A DNA stretch of 44,244 bases, from positions 1 through 44,244 of the forward strand of contig JBFMCE010000019.1 of assembly GCA_040754655.1 (NCBI GenBank), in the 5' to 3' direction. This document shows, piece after piece, positions 28,172 to 37,594 of this stretch (position 1 is its first letter; each line of letters starts with the position of its first letter). The position numbers were made by a program, and so were the translations under genes. Source of the DNA: Bdellovibrionota bacterium. GTDB taxonomy: Bacteria; Bdellovibrionota; UBA1018; UBA923. The notes beneath the pieces are model-generated. The model did not search any database, had not been told where the DNA came from, and worked only from the letters and a program-made list of their open reading frames with translations.

Positions 28172-29554
28172 TCATCTCGGTTCGGTGAGTTTCTTCGGAT
28201 TCAGCAACGTCTTGATTTGATTCTCAGTCAAAAGAGCTTGATCGCGTACAAGGTCGACGATGCTCTTGCTTTCTTTGAGAGCTTGTTTGGTGAGTTCCGC
28301 GGCTTTCGAGTAACCTAAAACCGGATTCAGGGCCGTGGCCATCGCGGCGGTCTGTTCAGCGTATTGCCGACACCTCTCCTGATTGGCTTTGATGCCATCA
28401 ATGCACTTGGTTCGAACCAGGCCTAGCATGTTTGTAAGAATCTCGGTCGATTCGAGAGCGACCTGAGACATCAGCGGCATCATCACGTTGAGTTCAAGTT
28501 GGCCGGCTTGCATTGCGTAGGCCATCGCCGTGTCATTACCGAGCACCTTGAAGAGAACTTGGTTGGCCATCTCAAGGATCGACGGGTTTACTTTGCCGGG
28601 CATGATGCTTGAACCGGGTTGCGTTGACGGAAGTAAGATCTCGGCGAGCCCCGTCGATGGCCCGGAACTAAGTAAGCGTAAATCGTTTACTATGCGGGTA
28701 AGCTCGAGGGAAGCGGCCCTTAATGCGTTTGAATAGACCATCATCGGGAGTTGCGATTGCATGGCTGCCCTAAGGTCGCGGGCGGGGCGCAAGCCGGGTT
28801 CCTTGAACAAGCGCTGCAGTTCCTTCAGAATAGATTTGCGATACCCGCGAGGCACGTTCACGCCAGTGCCGACGGCTGAGCCTCCGATGCCAAGCTCACG
28901 CAGGTGATCGCGCGCAGCCTCAATCAACTCTACGAGTTGAGAGAGGGTTGTTTCATAGGCCGCGAACTCTTGGCCCAGTCGAATGGGCACAGCATCTTGG
29001 AGATGCGTCCTGCCCGACTTTATCACCTTGTCGAACTCACGAGACTTTCTCTTCAACGAAATAGCCAGTGCTTTGAGCTCTTTGACGAGGTTTCGGGAAA
29101 GGCTCAGCGCTGCAAGTCTCATGGCAGTAGGATAAGTATCATTCGTGCTCTGTGACATGTTCACGTGGTCGTTGGGGTGGATGGGGTCGTAAGTCCCGAG
29201 CCCGTGGCCTAAAATTTCATTTGCAAGGTTCGCGATCACCTCATTGCAGTTCATGTTTTGCGAAGTGCCGGCTCCGGCTTGGTAAGCATCGACGATGAAA
29301 TGCCTCACCGGATTGCCGCCTAACAACTTGTCGATAGCTTTGACGATGGCTCTTTTCAGTGGCTCTTTGAGCGCTCCTGAATGGGCGTTGGCGGTTGCGG
29401 CAGCTCTTTTTAAGAGTAGGTAGCTTCGGATCAGTTCTGGGTGCACTTGCGTGCCGCTTACGGGAAAGTTTTGCGAGGCTCGAAAAGATTGAATCCCGTA
29501 ATAGACGTTGTCAGGAAGCTTGAGTTCGCCAATGCTGTCTTTTTCCGTTCGCAT
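28172..29554 (-). CDS. aspA: aspartate ammonia-lyase / class II fumarase
   Basis: MRTEKDSIGE, GAGTSQNMN, SQSTND, GRTHLQDA and GSSIMPGKVNP motifs. AspA versus FumC is not fully resolvable. Confidence 0.8.
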   Translation of the reverse strand: MRTEKDSIGELKLPDNVYYGIQSFRASQNFPVSGTQVHPELIRSYLLLKRAAATANAHSGALKEPLKRAIVKAIDKLLGGNPVRHFIVDAYQAGAGTSQNMNCNEVIANLANEILGHGLGTYDPIHPNDHVNMSQSTNDTYPTAMRLAALSLSRNLVKELKALAISLKRKSREFDKVIKSGRTHLQDAVPIRLGQEFAAYETTLSQLVELIEAARDHLRELGIGGSAVGTGVNVPRGYRKSILKELQRLFKEPGLRPARDLRAAMQSQLPMMVYSNALRAASLELTRIVNDLRLLSSGPSTGLAEILLPSTQPGSSIMPGKVNPSILEMANQVLFKVLGNDTAMAYAMQAGQLELNVMMPLMSQVALESTEILTNMLGLVRTKCIDGIKANQERCRQYAEQTAAMATALNPVLGYSKAAELTKQALKESKSIVDLVRDQALLTENQIKTLLNPKKLTEPR

Positions 29555-29691
29555 GCGTTCAAACCTAGCTTAGATTTTTCATGCTAAACATAAAAAATTT
29601 AATGACGCAAAGCGTTTTGACAATGCGCTTCCTTTGTCAGATATCCCAAAGACCGGTCTCATAAATAGCATCTCGATTTTCGGAGCAACTC

Positions 29692-30129
29692 GTGCACTCT
29701 TTTTTTCCGCTCATTCTATTGGTTGGCACAGGCGCGCTCATTTGCACGCAGATGTCGATCAACGCCGCGATGGGGCGCAGTCTTGGGCTTCCGCTCTTTG
29801 TCGCGGTTTTTTCTCTCCTGCAGTTCTTATGGACTCTGCCACCTCTTTTTATTTGGGGCAGGCCTATTCCTTGGGCCGCATTGGGCGTGACTCCTCACTG
29901 GCAATACGCCGGAGCAGCCCTGGGTGTTCCTATTCTCGCCGCGGCAGCCTACGGATTTTCAAAGGCGGGTGCATTCACCGGCTTAGTGTGCGTGATCGTG
30001 GGTCAAATGTTGATGGGTGTCGTGATCGACCACTTCGGACTTTTTGGCGCTCCAGTGCATTCTGTTTCTCTGATCAGGTTGGCAGGCGTGGGTTTTTTGA
30101 TTTTAGGCGTCGTCTTGGTCAAACAGTAA
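29692..30129 (+). CDS. DMT family transporter (YdcZ-like)
   Basis: Five TM segments with Q-x-x-IN, WQYAGAALG and GQM...IDHFGLFG. Confidence 0.85.
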   Translation: MHSFFPLILLVGTGALICTQMSINAAMGRSLGLPLFVAVFSLLQFLWTLPPLFIWGRPIPWAALGVTPHWQYAGAALGVPILAAAAYGFSKAGAFTGLVCVIVGQMLMGVVIDHFGLFGAPVHSVSLIRLAGVGFLILGVVLVKQ

Positions 30130-30214
30130 GAAAAAAACATACGACTTATGGCCAAACAACAAGGAAAAGCCCAGCAGTTGCTTGCTCAAGCGATTCTGCT
30201 GGGCTTCCTTGCGG

Positions 30215-31402
30215 TCACTGACCCTTCACACAGAGATTAGCGCTGCACACTGGGGGTTTGGTGGTTAAGAAACCCGCGCGAGCTCGGCAGTTGCTGATAA
30301 AACCAAAAAAGCCGCATTCGTCACGTACGGCCGCTATTTCCCGACGAAGCTGCGCTTGATTGGTTCTTACATATTCTCCGTTGCCCACAACCAGATTCGG
30401 AGATCCGCTACCGCATTGAAACTCGGTCACAAATGCGTTTGGGTTCTCGCGCGATACAACATTGAGGCCATTGAGATAGTTGCAATCGGCGTCGGTATCG
30501 CAACGACGAGCCGCAGAGAAATCGGCAACCAATTGGTTTACTGCTTGATCACATGCGAGGTTTTGTTCATCATCTGTATTGTCGACTCCGCCAGCCGGAG
30601 AAGATGAAGGTGATGGGCTTGGGGATTCCGTAGTCGTGCCTCCGGGACTAGCGCTTGGAGATGGCGACTCGGTCGTTGTGCCACCAGGGCTTGCGGACGG
30701 GCTGGGTGAAGGCGACTCCGTGGTGCCGGGACTAGCTGATGGGCTGGGTGAAGGCGACTCTGTGGTGCCAGGGCTAGCTGATGGACTTGGGGAAGCCGAC
30801 GGACTAGCGCTTGGAGATGGTGATGGGCTTTCAACAGGGGTGATTTGTCCGTTGCAAGCTTGCTGTACGACTTGATTCACTTGTTGTTGCAGGTCCTTGC
30901 CTTTACCTGTCTGGGTAAAGTCGCAGACTTTGTCGTCTTTTTTGGCGGCGACGAGTTCAGTTTGATTTTCTTTGTCGGTCAAGAACAGCTGTTGCTGTTC
31001 GAATGTGGTGGTGCCTCCTGAAGAGGGGTCACACTCAACTTGTTGTTGGACTTGGCTCTCGACGGCAGCGTTTGCGGCAATAGCGACCTTCGCAAGGTCA
31101 TTTTGTTGAAGTTGGCCTTTGACGACCTGTTTGCCGTCTTCATCTTCGATGGTCACTTGTCCAGTATTCAAGATTTCCAAGCGAAATTTTTTCGGACAGA
31201 ATTGCCCGACCTGCTGTTGCTGTTGTTGTTCTTGCTCAATTTTTGTAAATTGTAGTTCGGCTGGCAACGGAATGTTTGGTTCAGTCGGAGTGCCTGACGT
31301 TCCGCCGGAATCCGATGGATCGTCTTCGCTGCAACCGTGCATGGAAACCGCTGCCGTCAAAACTAAAAGTGGAAGTAGGGAAAAAAAGTGCATCCTGCGC
31401 AT
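30215..31402 (-). CDS. Gln-rich lipoprotein with a Ser/Pro repeat linker and Cys-rich C-terminal domain
   Basis: MRRMHFFSLLPLLVLTAAVSMHGC lipobox, AGGAG SD, poly-Q and SPSPSPSASPGTTE repeats. Confidence 0.75.
   Translation of the reverse strand: MRRMHFFSLLPLLVLTAAVSMHGCSEDDPSDSGGTSGTPTEPNIPLPAELQFTKIEQEQQQQQQVGQFCPKKFRLEILNTGQVTIEDEDGKQVVKGQLQQNDLAKVAIAANAAVESQVQQQVECDPSSGGTTTFEQQQLFLTDKENQTELVAAKKDDKVCDFTQTGKGKDLQQQVNQVVQQACNGQITPVESPSPSPSASPSASPSPSASPGTTESPSPSPSASPGTTESPSPSPSASPGGTTTESPSPSASPGGTTTESPSPSPSSSPAGGVDNTDDEQNLACDQAVNQLVADFSAARRCDTDADCNYLNGLNVVSRENPNAFVTEFQCGSGSPNLVVGNGEYVRTNQAQLRREIAAVRDECGFFGFISNCRARAGFLTTKPPVCSANLCVKGQ
30600..30832 (-). repeat. coding tandem repeat (about 39-42 bp units, SPSPSPSASPG(G)TTE)
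   Basis: Near-identical GGGCTGGGTGAAGGCGACTC-x-GTGGTGCC copies 42 bp apart, plus degenerate flanking units. Confidence 0.85.
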
Positions 31403-31449
31403 AACAGCTCCTTGTTCGTCAACGCTCGACTTGAGCTGCTCACTGTCGG

Positions 31450-31465
31450 TGCAATCCATATTCCA
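31450..31465 (-). promoter_or_regulatory. sigma-54 promoter
   Basis: Minus strand TGGAATATGGATTGCA (GG-N10-GC), about 47 nt upstream of the lipoprotein ATG. Confidence 0.55.
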
Positions 31466-31613
31466 GAAATTTCTTGGAAGACGGAGGCTTGGTTGAAGTG
31501 CGCAGTGCGGTTTGACAGCGGATGTGCGCGTATAATATTGCAGCAAGGTTAAAACTTTTATCTCTTCGGCAGTTCAAATCATACAAAAGTGGAAGAGGGA
31601 GTGAGAAAACAAG

Positions 31614-33284
31614 ATGCCTCCGAAAACGAACAAGATCAGTTCAAGTAGCACAGCGGAATACTTTTCAAAGAATTTGCAACAAGTGGGGTTTTCATCCCAA
31701 ACCAAGGCGGTGCTGACGACGCTAAAAGAGGCGGTCGACAATGCTTTGGATGCATGTGAGGACTCGGACATCTTGCCCGACCTCTCTGTTGAAATTGAAA
31801 AGGTAGGGGCGGGCAGCCTCAAGAACTCAGACCAGATTCGAGTGAGGGTGCAAGACAACGGACCCGGCATTCCTATCGACGAGATTACGAAGGTTTTCGG
31901 TGAATATCTTGCTTCAAGCAAGTTCGGTCGAGGACGTTGCTCTCGAGGCCAGCAAGGGATCGGTATTTCGGCCGCGACGACTTGGGCTCAATTGACAAGC
32001 GCTCAAGGGGTTTTGGTCATTACGAAAACCAAAGACATGCGCAAGGCCATTCGAGCCGTCGTCGAAGTGGATATCAAACACAACCGCGGCGTCTTGAAGA
32101 ACAAAGAAACCATCGATTGGGATAGGCCTCACGGAGTGTCGGTCGAGTTTTTGATCGATGGTCGGATTCAACTCAATGGTGAGGGAGGGCTTTTAAACTA
32201 TCTCACGGGCACGGCGCTTGTGAATCCTCACTTGACGTTGCGATACAAGGTGCCTGAGAGCGAATGGCAAGTGCTTGAACGCGTGACGGACACGATTCCT
32301 CTGATCCCCGATGCGACTGAACCCCATCCTCACACGATGAAGCTTGGTGAATTCATCGCGCATTCTCATCTGTTTGGGCGCACCAGGGTCGACGGTTGGC
32401 TTAAAAAAGGGTTTTCGCGCGTTACGGATTCCACTATCACCGAGATCAAAAAGACGGGCGTGAAGGCCGGTATTCTCAGCAAGAATGTCGATGCGGTTTC
32501 AGAAGCGGAATTCAAAGAACTCTTCACTGCCATCCAAAACACGCCCCTCATGGCACCGAGCACCAAGTCCGTGTTGTCGATCGGTGAGGATGCCCTTTCA
32601 AAGGCGATCAAACGTTTAGGCAATATCGATTTTTTTTCGGTCGTGACTCGTAAGCCTACCATCTGTGATTTCAAGCCTATTCAAATTGAAGTGGCCATTG
32701 CGCGCCTTTTGGATCGCGTGGTCGACGATGCTGATGCTCCGGCGACAATTTTGCGATTTGCGAATAGGGTGCCTCTGCAATTTGATAAATCCGCTTGTGC
32801 GATCGTCAAGGCGATAGAAACGGTGAATTGGAGGGCTTATTCCTTGGTGCAACCGAAGAATAGCTTGCCCCAGGGGCCTTATGTCATCGCAGTGTCGGTT
32901 GTTTCTCCTTTCATTAAATTTAAGAATGCTTCCAAAGAAACCGTCGATGCGAGCGATGAGCTCGTTGAAGAGATTCGCCGGGCGCTGATTCAGGCGGGTC
33001 AAAGGCTCTCAAGGCACATTAGGCGTGAGGTTCGTGAGAACGCCCTTGAAGAAAAACTTCGGCACATCGAACAGTTCTGCCCGATACTCGTCGATGGGCT
33101 TTGCCGCATCACAAGTGCAAACCCGAATCGTCGGAAGCGAGCGGAAGAAGGCTTAGTCAAGATACTGGGCCGAGACGCCAAGGCGGCGGAACAAGAACTT
33201 GAGGCCGCGCATGCGGTTGTCGCCGAAGCCGAACAAGCCAAAGTTGCGAAAGAGCAGGCCACACAAAAAGGAGCGCGTTCATGA
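31614..33284 (+). CDS. top6B: DNA topoisomerase VI subunit B
   Basis: GHKL motifs EAVDNALDA, VQDNGPGI and SRGQQGIGIS; RFANRVPL; FKNASKE. Confidence 0.95.
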   Translation: MPPKTNKISSSSTAEYFSKNLQQVGFSSQTKAVLTTLKEAVDNALDACEDSDILPDLSVEIEKVGAGSLKNSDQIRVRVQDNGPGIPIDEITKVFGEYLASSKFGRGRCSRGQQGIGISAATTWAQLTSAQGVLVITKTKDMRKAIRAVVEVDIKHNRGVLKNKETIDWDRPHGVSVEFLIDGRIQLNGEGGLLNYLTGTALVNPHLTLRYKVPESEWQVLERVTDTIPLIPDATEPHPHTMKLGEFIAHSHLFGRTRVDGWLKKGFSRVTDSTITEIKKTGVKAGILSKNVDAVSEAEFKELFTAIQNTPLMAPSTKSVLSIGEDALSKAIKRLGNIDFFSVVTRKPTICDFKPIQIEVAIARLLDRVVDDADAPATILRFANRVPLQFDKSACAIVKAIETVNWRAYSLVQPKNSLPQGPYVIAVSVVSPFIKFKNASKETVDASDELVEEIRRALIQAGQRLSRHIRREVRENALEEKLRHIEQFCPILVDGLCRITSANPNRRKRAEEGLVKILGRDAKAAEQELEAAHAVVAEAEQAKVAKEQATQKGARS

Positions 33285-34429
33285 AAGCATCCACAACCTC
33301 GGAAATCCCGGCTCTTTCAAAAGAGCTTTGCAGCAAACTTCTTGGTGATCTTGAAAAGGCGAGAAGGCCCGTTTTGCTTGCGACCAAGTGTTCTTTAGAT
33401 AATGCGAAATACAACCACAAGTTGGGCTATCTGACGCCCGGGGTGAAAAAAGTTCGGACTGAATTGAACGTCAGCTCAGTGAAAAAAATGTCGCGGGCCA
33501 TCTTTTTACTCGAAGTCTTGCTGCAAAATATCGATACGGGCGCAGTAAACACCAAACGTGAGTTGTACTATATCGCCAAAGGTAAAATCAAACACAGCCC
33601 TGGGTTGAAGCCGCTCGACTTTGCGGATCAAGATGAGAGCGATGCAATCATAGACTTTATCTGTGAGATGCTCGAGGTTTACCGGGAAGAGCTCAATTGT
33701 TATGCCGATGACCGAGGGGGTCAGACCTACTCGCAGCAGCTTGTCGTGACCGAGACTATGCCTAACGGCGAGAAGGCCGTCATCGACTTGTCAAAGCTGG
33801 GAACCAGCCCGTTTCAACCCAAGAACAGGCCCCAGAACCTGAAGCTTTCCGTGAAAAAGAAGGTCGACTTTGCAGTGATCGTTGAGTCGCAGGGCACGGC
33901 AAACACGCTGGTCGCGAATGGATTCACAAAGAGGCACAACGTTATCGTGATCGGTGCTCAAGGGGTTCCATCAAACGCCGTACGCGGATGGGTGAAGTTG
34001 ATTCAAGATCAACTTAGAGTTCCGCTGTTCTTCTTTGGAGACCTTGACGCCTACACGATGCAAAATATCTTTCGAACGCTCAAAGCGGGTTCAGCCGCAA
34101 GCTTGATCAGGAACTCTGATTATTCAGCCCCGGATGTGCGTTTCTTGGGGGTTTTGCCTGAGGATATCAAGAAGTATGATCTTGACGATTATCCGGTTAA
34201 AGAAAATGACGCGCAAGAAGTCAGGGCGTTGAAAAAAGCTGACGATGCGCTGAAGAATGACCCGTTCTTTCAGGACAAGAAAAACAAGGGATTGGCTGAA
34301 ATCTTGCGGTGGTTGCTGAAAAACAAACGACGTTGCGAGCAACAAGCGTTTTTTGCCGTGGATCCGCGCGATCCGGCGATGCCTGAAAAGATCATCGTCG
34401 AAAAGATCAAGCGTGGAGACTACGTGTGA
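33281..34429 (+). CDS. top6A: DNA topoisomerase VI subunit A (Spo11-like)
   Basis: TKRELYY catalytic Tyr, TOPRIM IVE and GDLDAY, CEQQA. ATGA overlap with top6B. Confidence 0.93.
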   Translation: MKASTTSEIPALSKELCSKLLGDLEKARRPVLLATKCSLDNAKYNHKLGYLTPGVKKVRTELNVSSVKKMSRAIFLLEVLLQNIDTGAVNTKRELYYIAKGKIKHSPGLKPLDFADQDESDAIIDFICEMLEVYREELNCYADDRGGQTYSQQLVVTETMPNGEKAVIDLSKLGTSPFQPKNRPQNLKLSVKKKVDFAVIVESQGTANTLVANGFTKRHNVIVIGAQGVPSNAVRGWVKLIQDQLRVPLFFFGDLDAYTMQNIFRTLKAGSAASLIRNSDYSAPDVRFLGVLPEDIKKYDLDDYPVKENDAQEVRALKKADDALKNDPFFQDKKNKGLAEILRWLLKNKRRCEQQAFFAVDPRDPAMPEKIIVEKIKRGDYV

Positions 34430-35790
34430 CGTGAAGACTTGAAGAAATCTTCAAGGAAGCACTGAGGCTCTGCTCTCCAGAAAAATTTGCATTTGATTGC
34501 GTCGAACCCCGGGCTCAGAACACGGGTTTCGCCGTTCCTCGAGCGCGATTTGATGTGAAGCTCGATCTCTCGCGCCAGAGCCTTTGGGTTTTTGGCGCAG
34601 GCAAAGCCGCGGCATCGATGGCTAAAGGAGTGCTCGACAAACTAGAACCGCAGGTGAGGGGCGGCGCGGTTTTGATTCCGGAAGGCGTTGACGCGCTTGG
34701 AGTAGAACCTTTGCGGGTCTTAAGAGGCACTCATCCTTCTCCGACCCAAAAAAGCGCTCAAGCGACGCAAACGCTTGTTTCGATGCTCAAGGCTTGTTCC
34801 CCTCGCGATCACGTGATTTTTGTTCTTTCCGGAGGGGCTTCAAGCCTACTTGTTGACCCGGTGGATGGCGTCTCGATCGATCAGCTAGGCAGGCTTTCTC
34901 AAGCCTTGCTTGGAGCAGGCATTCCGATTGAGCAAATCAATACGGTTCGAAAGCATCTGTCTAAAGTTTCCGGAGGGCAGCTCTTAAATCAGGTTCCATG
35001 CGAGATTTCAGTGTTCGTGCTCTCAGATGTTTGCGGCAATGATTTCAGCGTGATCGGTTCAGGGCCGTTTGCGAAAGACCTCTCGACCCGGGAGCAGGCG
35101 AGGCAAATCCTTAGGCGGGCTTCCGAAGGCATGCCCGATTCTCTGGCAGTCGCGGATGCTTTGATTGAAACTCCTAAAGAGCTTTCTCGAGCCGCTAGAG
35201 CCCGCCACGTCTTGGTCGCAGATCACGCGGCGCTCGCGAACGTCGCAGGTGAAGTCGCTAGGAACGCTGGATTCAAGAGTGTCACTGTCGACTCAAGACC
35301 TGTGACTGAAGATCTTGAACAGCTTGTCAGGCGCTATTCGCAGCTCATCGTTGATTCAAACGAACCTCAAGAGCGGCTTTTGATTTTTTACGGCGAACCG
35401 GTCGTCAGGTTGCCCGCCAGACCGGGACGGGGTGGCCGTAGCCAACACCTGGGGTTGATGCTCGCCCAGACTCTCAAGGGCGTTCCAGGCTGGACTTTCC
35501 TTGCTGGATGTTCCGACGGCGTCGATGGGACGAGCAAGTTTGCCGGATGTGTCGTTGACGGAGACAGCTATGATCGCGCAAAACGCGAGGGGATTGATGT
35601 TGATCAAGCATTAGAGACCTTCAACAGCGCTGAAGTCCATGAAAAGCTTGGGCAAGCCCTTGATATCGGGCCTTCGGGCAACAATCTACTGGATTTGCAC
35701 CTGTTGCATTTGGTAAAAGGACTTGAAATCAGACACCCCCACGAGGAGACAGACCATGAACGCCACCCAAAACGCAAACGACAGGATTGA
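34426..35790 (+). CDS. glycerate 2-kinase (DUF4147/MOFRL); apparent start followed by an in-frame TGA at codon 3
   Basis: GAGKAA, SGGASSL, INTVRKHLSKVSGG, SDV, GRGGRSQ and SDGVDG motifs. GTG at 34426 is in frame, but TGA occupies 34432-34434; the next start is GTG 34555. Confidence 0.8.
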
Positions 35791-36334
35791 TATCGGACTT
35801 GAGTTCACCCCCAATCCCAATACTTTAAAGTACGTGGTGAATCGGGTGCTTTTAGAGAGTGGCGCGGCTAACTTCCCGAATCGCCAGTCGGCTGAGAAGT
35901 CGCTGCTCGCTAAAAGGCTTTTTGACGTCCTCGGCGTCGCTGGCGTGATGATTGGGCGCAATTTCGTCACAATCACTAAAGGACAAGAAGGAGATTGGGA
36001 GAGCCTCAATAAGGGCGTCAGCGAGGTTCTCAAAGACCACCTGATCCAGGGACTTTCTATTGTTGACGCGAGTTTTAATGGTGCTGCGCCAACGGGGCAG
36101 GGAGATGGAAGCATCGAAAACAAGATCAGAGAGATCCTTGATCGCGACATCAGGCCAGCCGTGGCGATGGATGGCGGAGACATCACCTTTGAAAGGTATG
36201 AAAATGGCGTTGTTTATCTTGCGCTTCAAGGCTCATGCAGCGGGTGCCCGAGCTCGACAGCTACATTGAAAATGGGAATTGAAACCCGGTTGAAGGAAGC
36301 TATTCCGGAAGTTCAAGAAGTCGTTTCAGTCTAA
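35756..36334 (+). CDS. NifU/Nfu-family Fe-S scaffold (Nfu_N + NifU_C)
   Basis: TPNPNTLKY, IRPAVAMDGGDI and GSCSGCPSS motifs; GAGGAG SD. Confidence 0.92.
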   Translation: MNATQNANDRIDIGLEFTPNPNTLKYVVNRVLLESGAANFPNRQSAEKSLLAKRLFDVLGVAGVMIGRNFVTITKGQEGDWESLNKGVSEVLKDHLIQGLSIVDASFNGAAPTGQGDGSIENKIREILDRDIRPAVAMDGGDITFERYENGVVYLALQGSCSGCPSSTATLKMGIETRLKEAIPEVQEVVSV

Positions 36335-36615
36335 GAGCACTTTGAGCAGCCCCGACTGCTGCACCCAGTCGCCTTGTGCGAGGTTTTTGAGCTGCAGCCG
36401 ATAGATTCGTATATCCATTTGCGGTCGATTCCATTCAAACGTTCGAGAGCCTCTGCCAATGAACTGAATTCTCGGTAATCCAGGGTTTCTCCCGTGAGGT
36501 AGTGGCTGACGTAGGCCGCAAAGACGCCATTTGACATCTCGGTCACGCCGCCGATGGTTTCATCGTCGATTAAGAATCCGTCCTTGTAGTTTTTTGTGGT
36601 GAGCAATGCTTCCAT
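36331..36615 (-). CDS. small hypothetical protein with Cys-rich C-terminus
   Basis: 94-aa ORF downstream of agmatinase, AGGA SD, tail GC...GCSSRGCSKCS. Confidence 0.6.
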   Translation of the reverse strand: MEALLTTKNYKDGFLIDDETIGGVTEMSNGVFAAYVSHYLTGETLDYREFSSLAEALERLNGIDRKWIYESIGCSSKTSHKATGCSSRGCSKCS

Positions 36616-36651
36616 GTGTCCTAACGCTCAATTAAAAGTATTGTTATCGGT

Positions 36652-37521
36652 CTATGAGTTGTTCTGACGCACCCAAAGCGCGGCGAGTTTTTGGCAAAGC
36701 AGGGCCGCGGCAAAATCACTTCTTTCAGTTCCGGCGCCAGAAGCGATTTCTACGACGTCACACCCCACGACTTTTTTTGTCCTGAAAACCTCGCGCGCTA
36801 CCGAGAGAGTCTGATGCCACGACAACCCTCCGGGCACGGGCGTGCCGACATGGGCCATGATCGAAGGATCAAGACCGTCAAGGTCGATTGTGAAGAAAAC
36901 ATGCTCTGGGAGCAGCAATAAAAGTTCGCGAACCCTCGCTGTGAGGTCTTCATGCAAAGCAAAATTGCCTGGGATGGTGTTCACTTTTTCTTTCTCAATA
37001 TAGTCTCGCTCTTCTTCGCTTACCGCGCGAATGCCAATTGAGAGGATATTGCGGGGGCCCACCTTCTCAGCGTTCCTGCGCATGATGCAGGCATGACTGT
37101 ATGGGTTTCCATGCAATTCGTTTCGCAAGTCCGCGTGCGCGTCAATCTGGACGATGCCCAATTTCGGATAACGCTTCGCTAACGTTTCAATCGCAGGAAT
37201 GGTCACTGTATGATCGCCGCCCACTCCTAGGTAAAACTGTTGAGGAGTTTTGACGCGCTCTACGACCGAGCTTACGTAATTGCGCACGCTTTCATAATCA
37301 GTAAGCACGGGTTCGTCGACCGTGTGGATCTTGGCCGTGCTCAAATCGATTTGATGTTCAAAATCAAAGAGTTCAACTTGGCTACTGGCATCCAAAATTG
37401 CTCTTGGTCCTTTTGCTGCGCCGGGCATGTAACTGATCGCCCCTTCAAATGGAATCGGAGCCACGATGATGTTCGCGTTCTCAAATGCAGTTTGTCCGTT
37501 ATCAAGAAATTTGGGTGTCAT
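36652..37521 (-). CDS. speB: agmatinase (ureohydrolase family)
   Basis: GGDHTVT, DAHADLR, SHAC, DLDGLDPS and GTPVPGG motifs. Confidence 0.9.
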   Translation of the reverse strand: MTPKFLDNGQTAFENANIIVAPIPFEGAISYMPGAAKGPRAILDASSQVELFDFEHQIDLSTAKIHTVDEPVLTDYESVRNYVSSVVERVKTPQQFYLGVGGDHTVTIPAIETLAKRYPKLGIVQIDAHADLRNELHGNPYSHACIMRRNAEKVGPRNILSIGIRAVSEEERDYIEKEKVNTIPGNFALHEDLTARVRELLLLLPEHVFFTIDLDGLDPSIMAHVGTPVPGGLSWHQTLSVAREVFRTKKVVGCDVVEIASGAGTERSDFAAALLCQKLAALWVRQNNS

Positions 37522-37549
37522 GTGACGCTAATACCACACTTTAAAGCTT

Positions 37550-37565
37550 TGGCATATCGCTTGCT
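37550..37565 (+). promoter_or_regulatory. sigma-54 promoter
   Basis: TGGCATATCGCTTGCT (GG-N10-GC), 29 nt upstream of the ATG at 37595. Confidence 0.7.
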
Positions 37566-37594
37566 TCGTTGAATGACCAACCTGGGGGTGAGTT

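Noticed and set aside
29634..30221. 195-aa ORF overlapping the DMT gene
   Set aside because: Alternative frame with no recognisable features. The 29692..30129 frame has clear DMT motifs.
30600..30832. CRISPR-like array
   Set aside because: The units are in-frame coding repeats with no unique spacers, and no cas genes are present.
31512..31536. Consensus TTGACA/TATAAT promoter for top6B
   Set aside because: The spacer is only 13 nt, so the two hexamers cannot be one canonical promoter.
2610..34434. Genome-wide TGA recoding suggested by two in-frame TGAs (2610, 34432)
   Set aside because: Many intact genes end in TGA at their expected C-termini with ATGA coupling (e.g. abiEii, top6B, kinase), and Trp is encoded by TGG. 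Point mutation or sequencing error is more likely.
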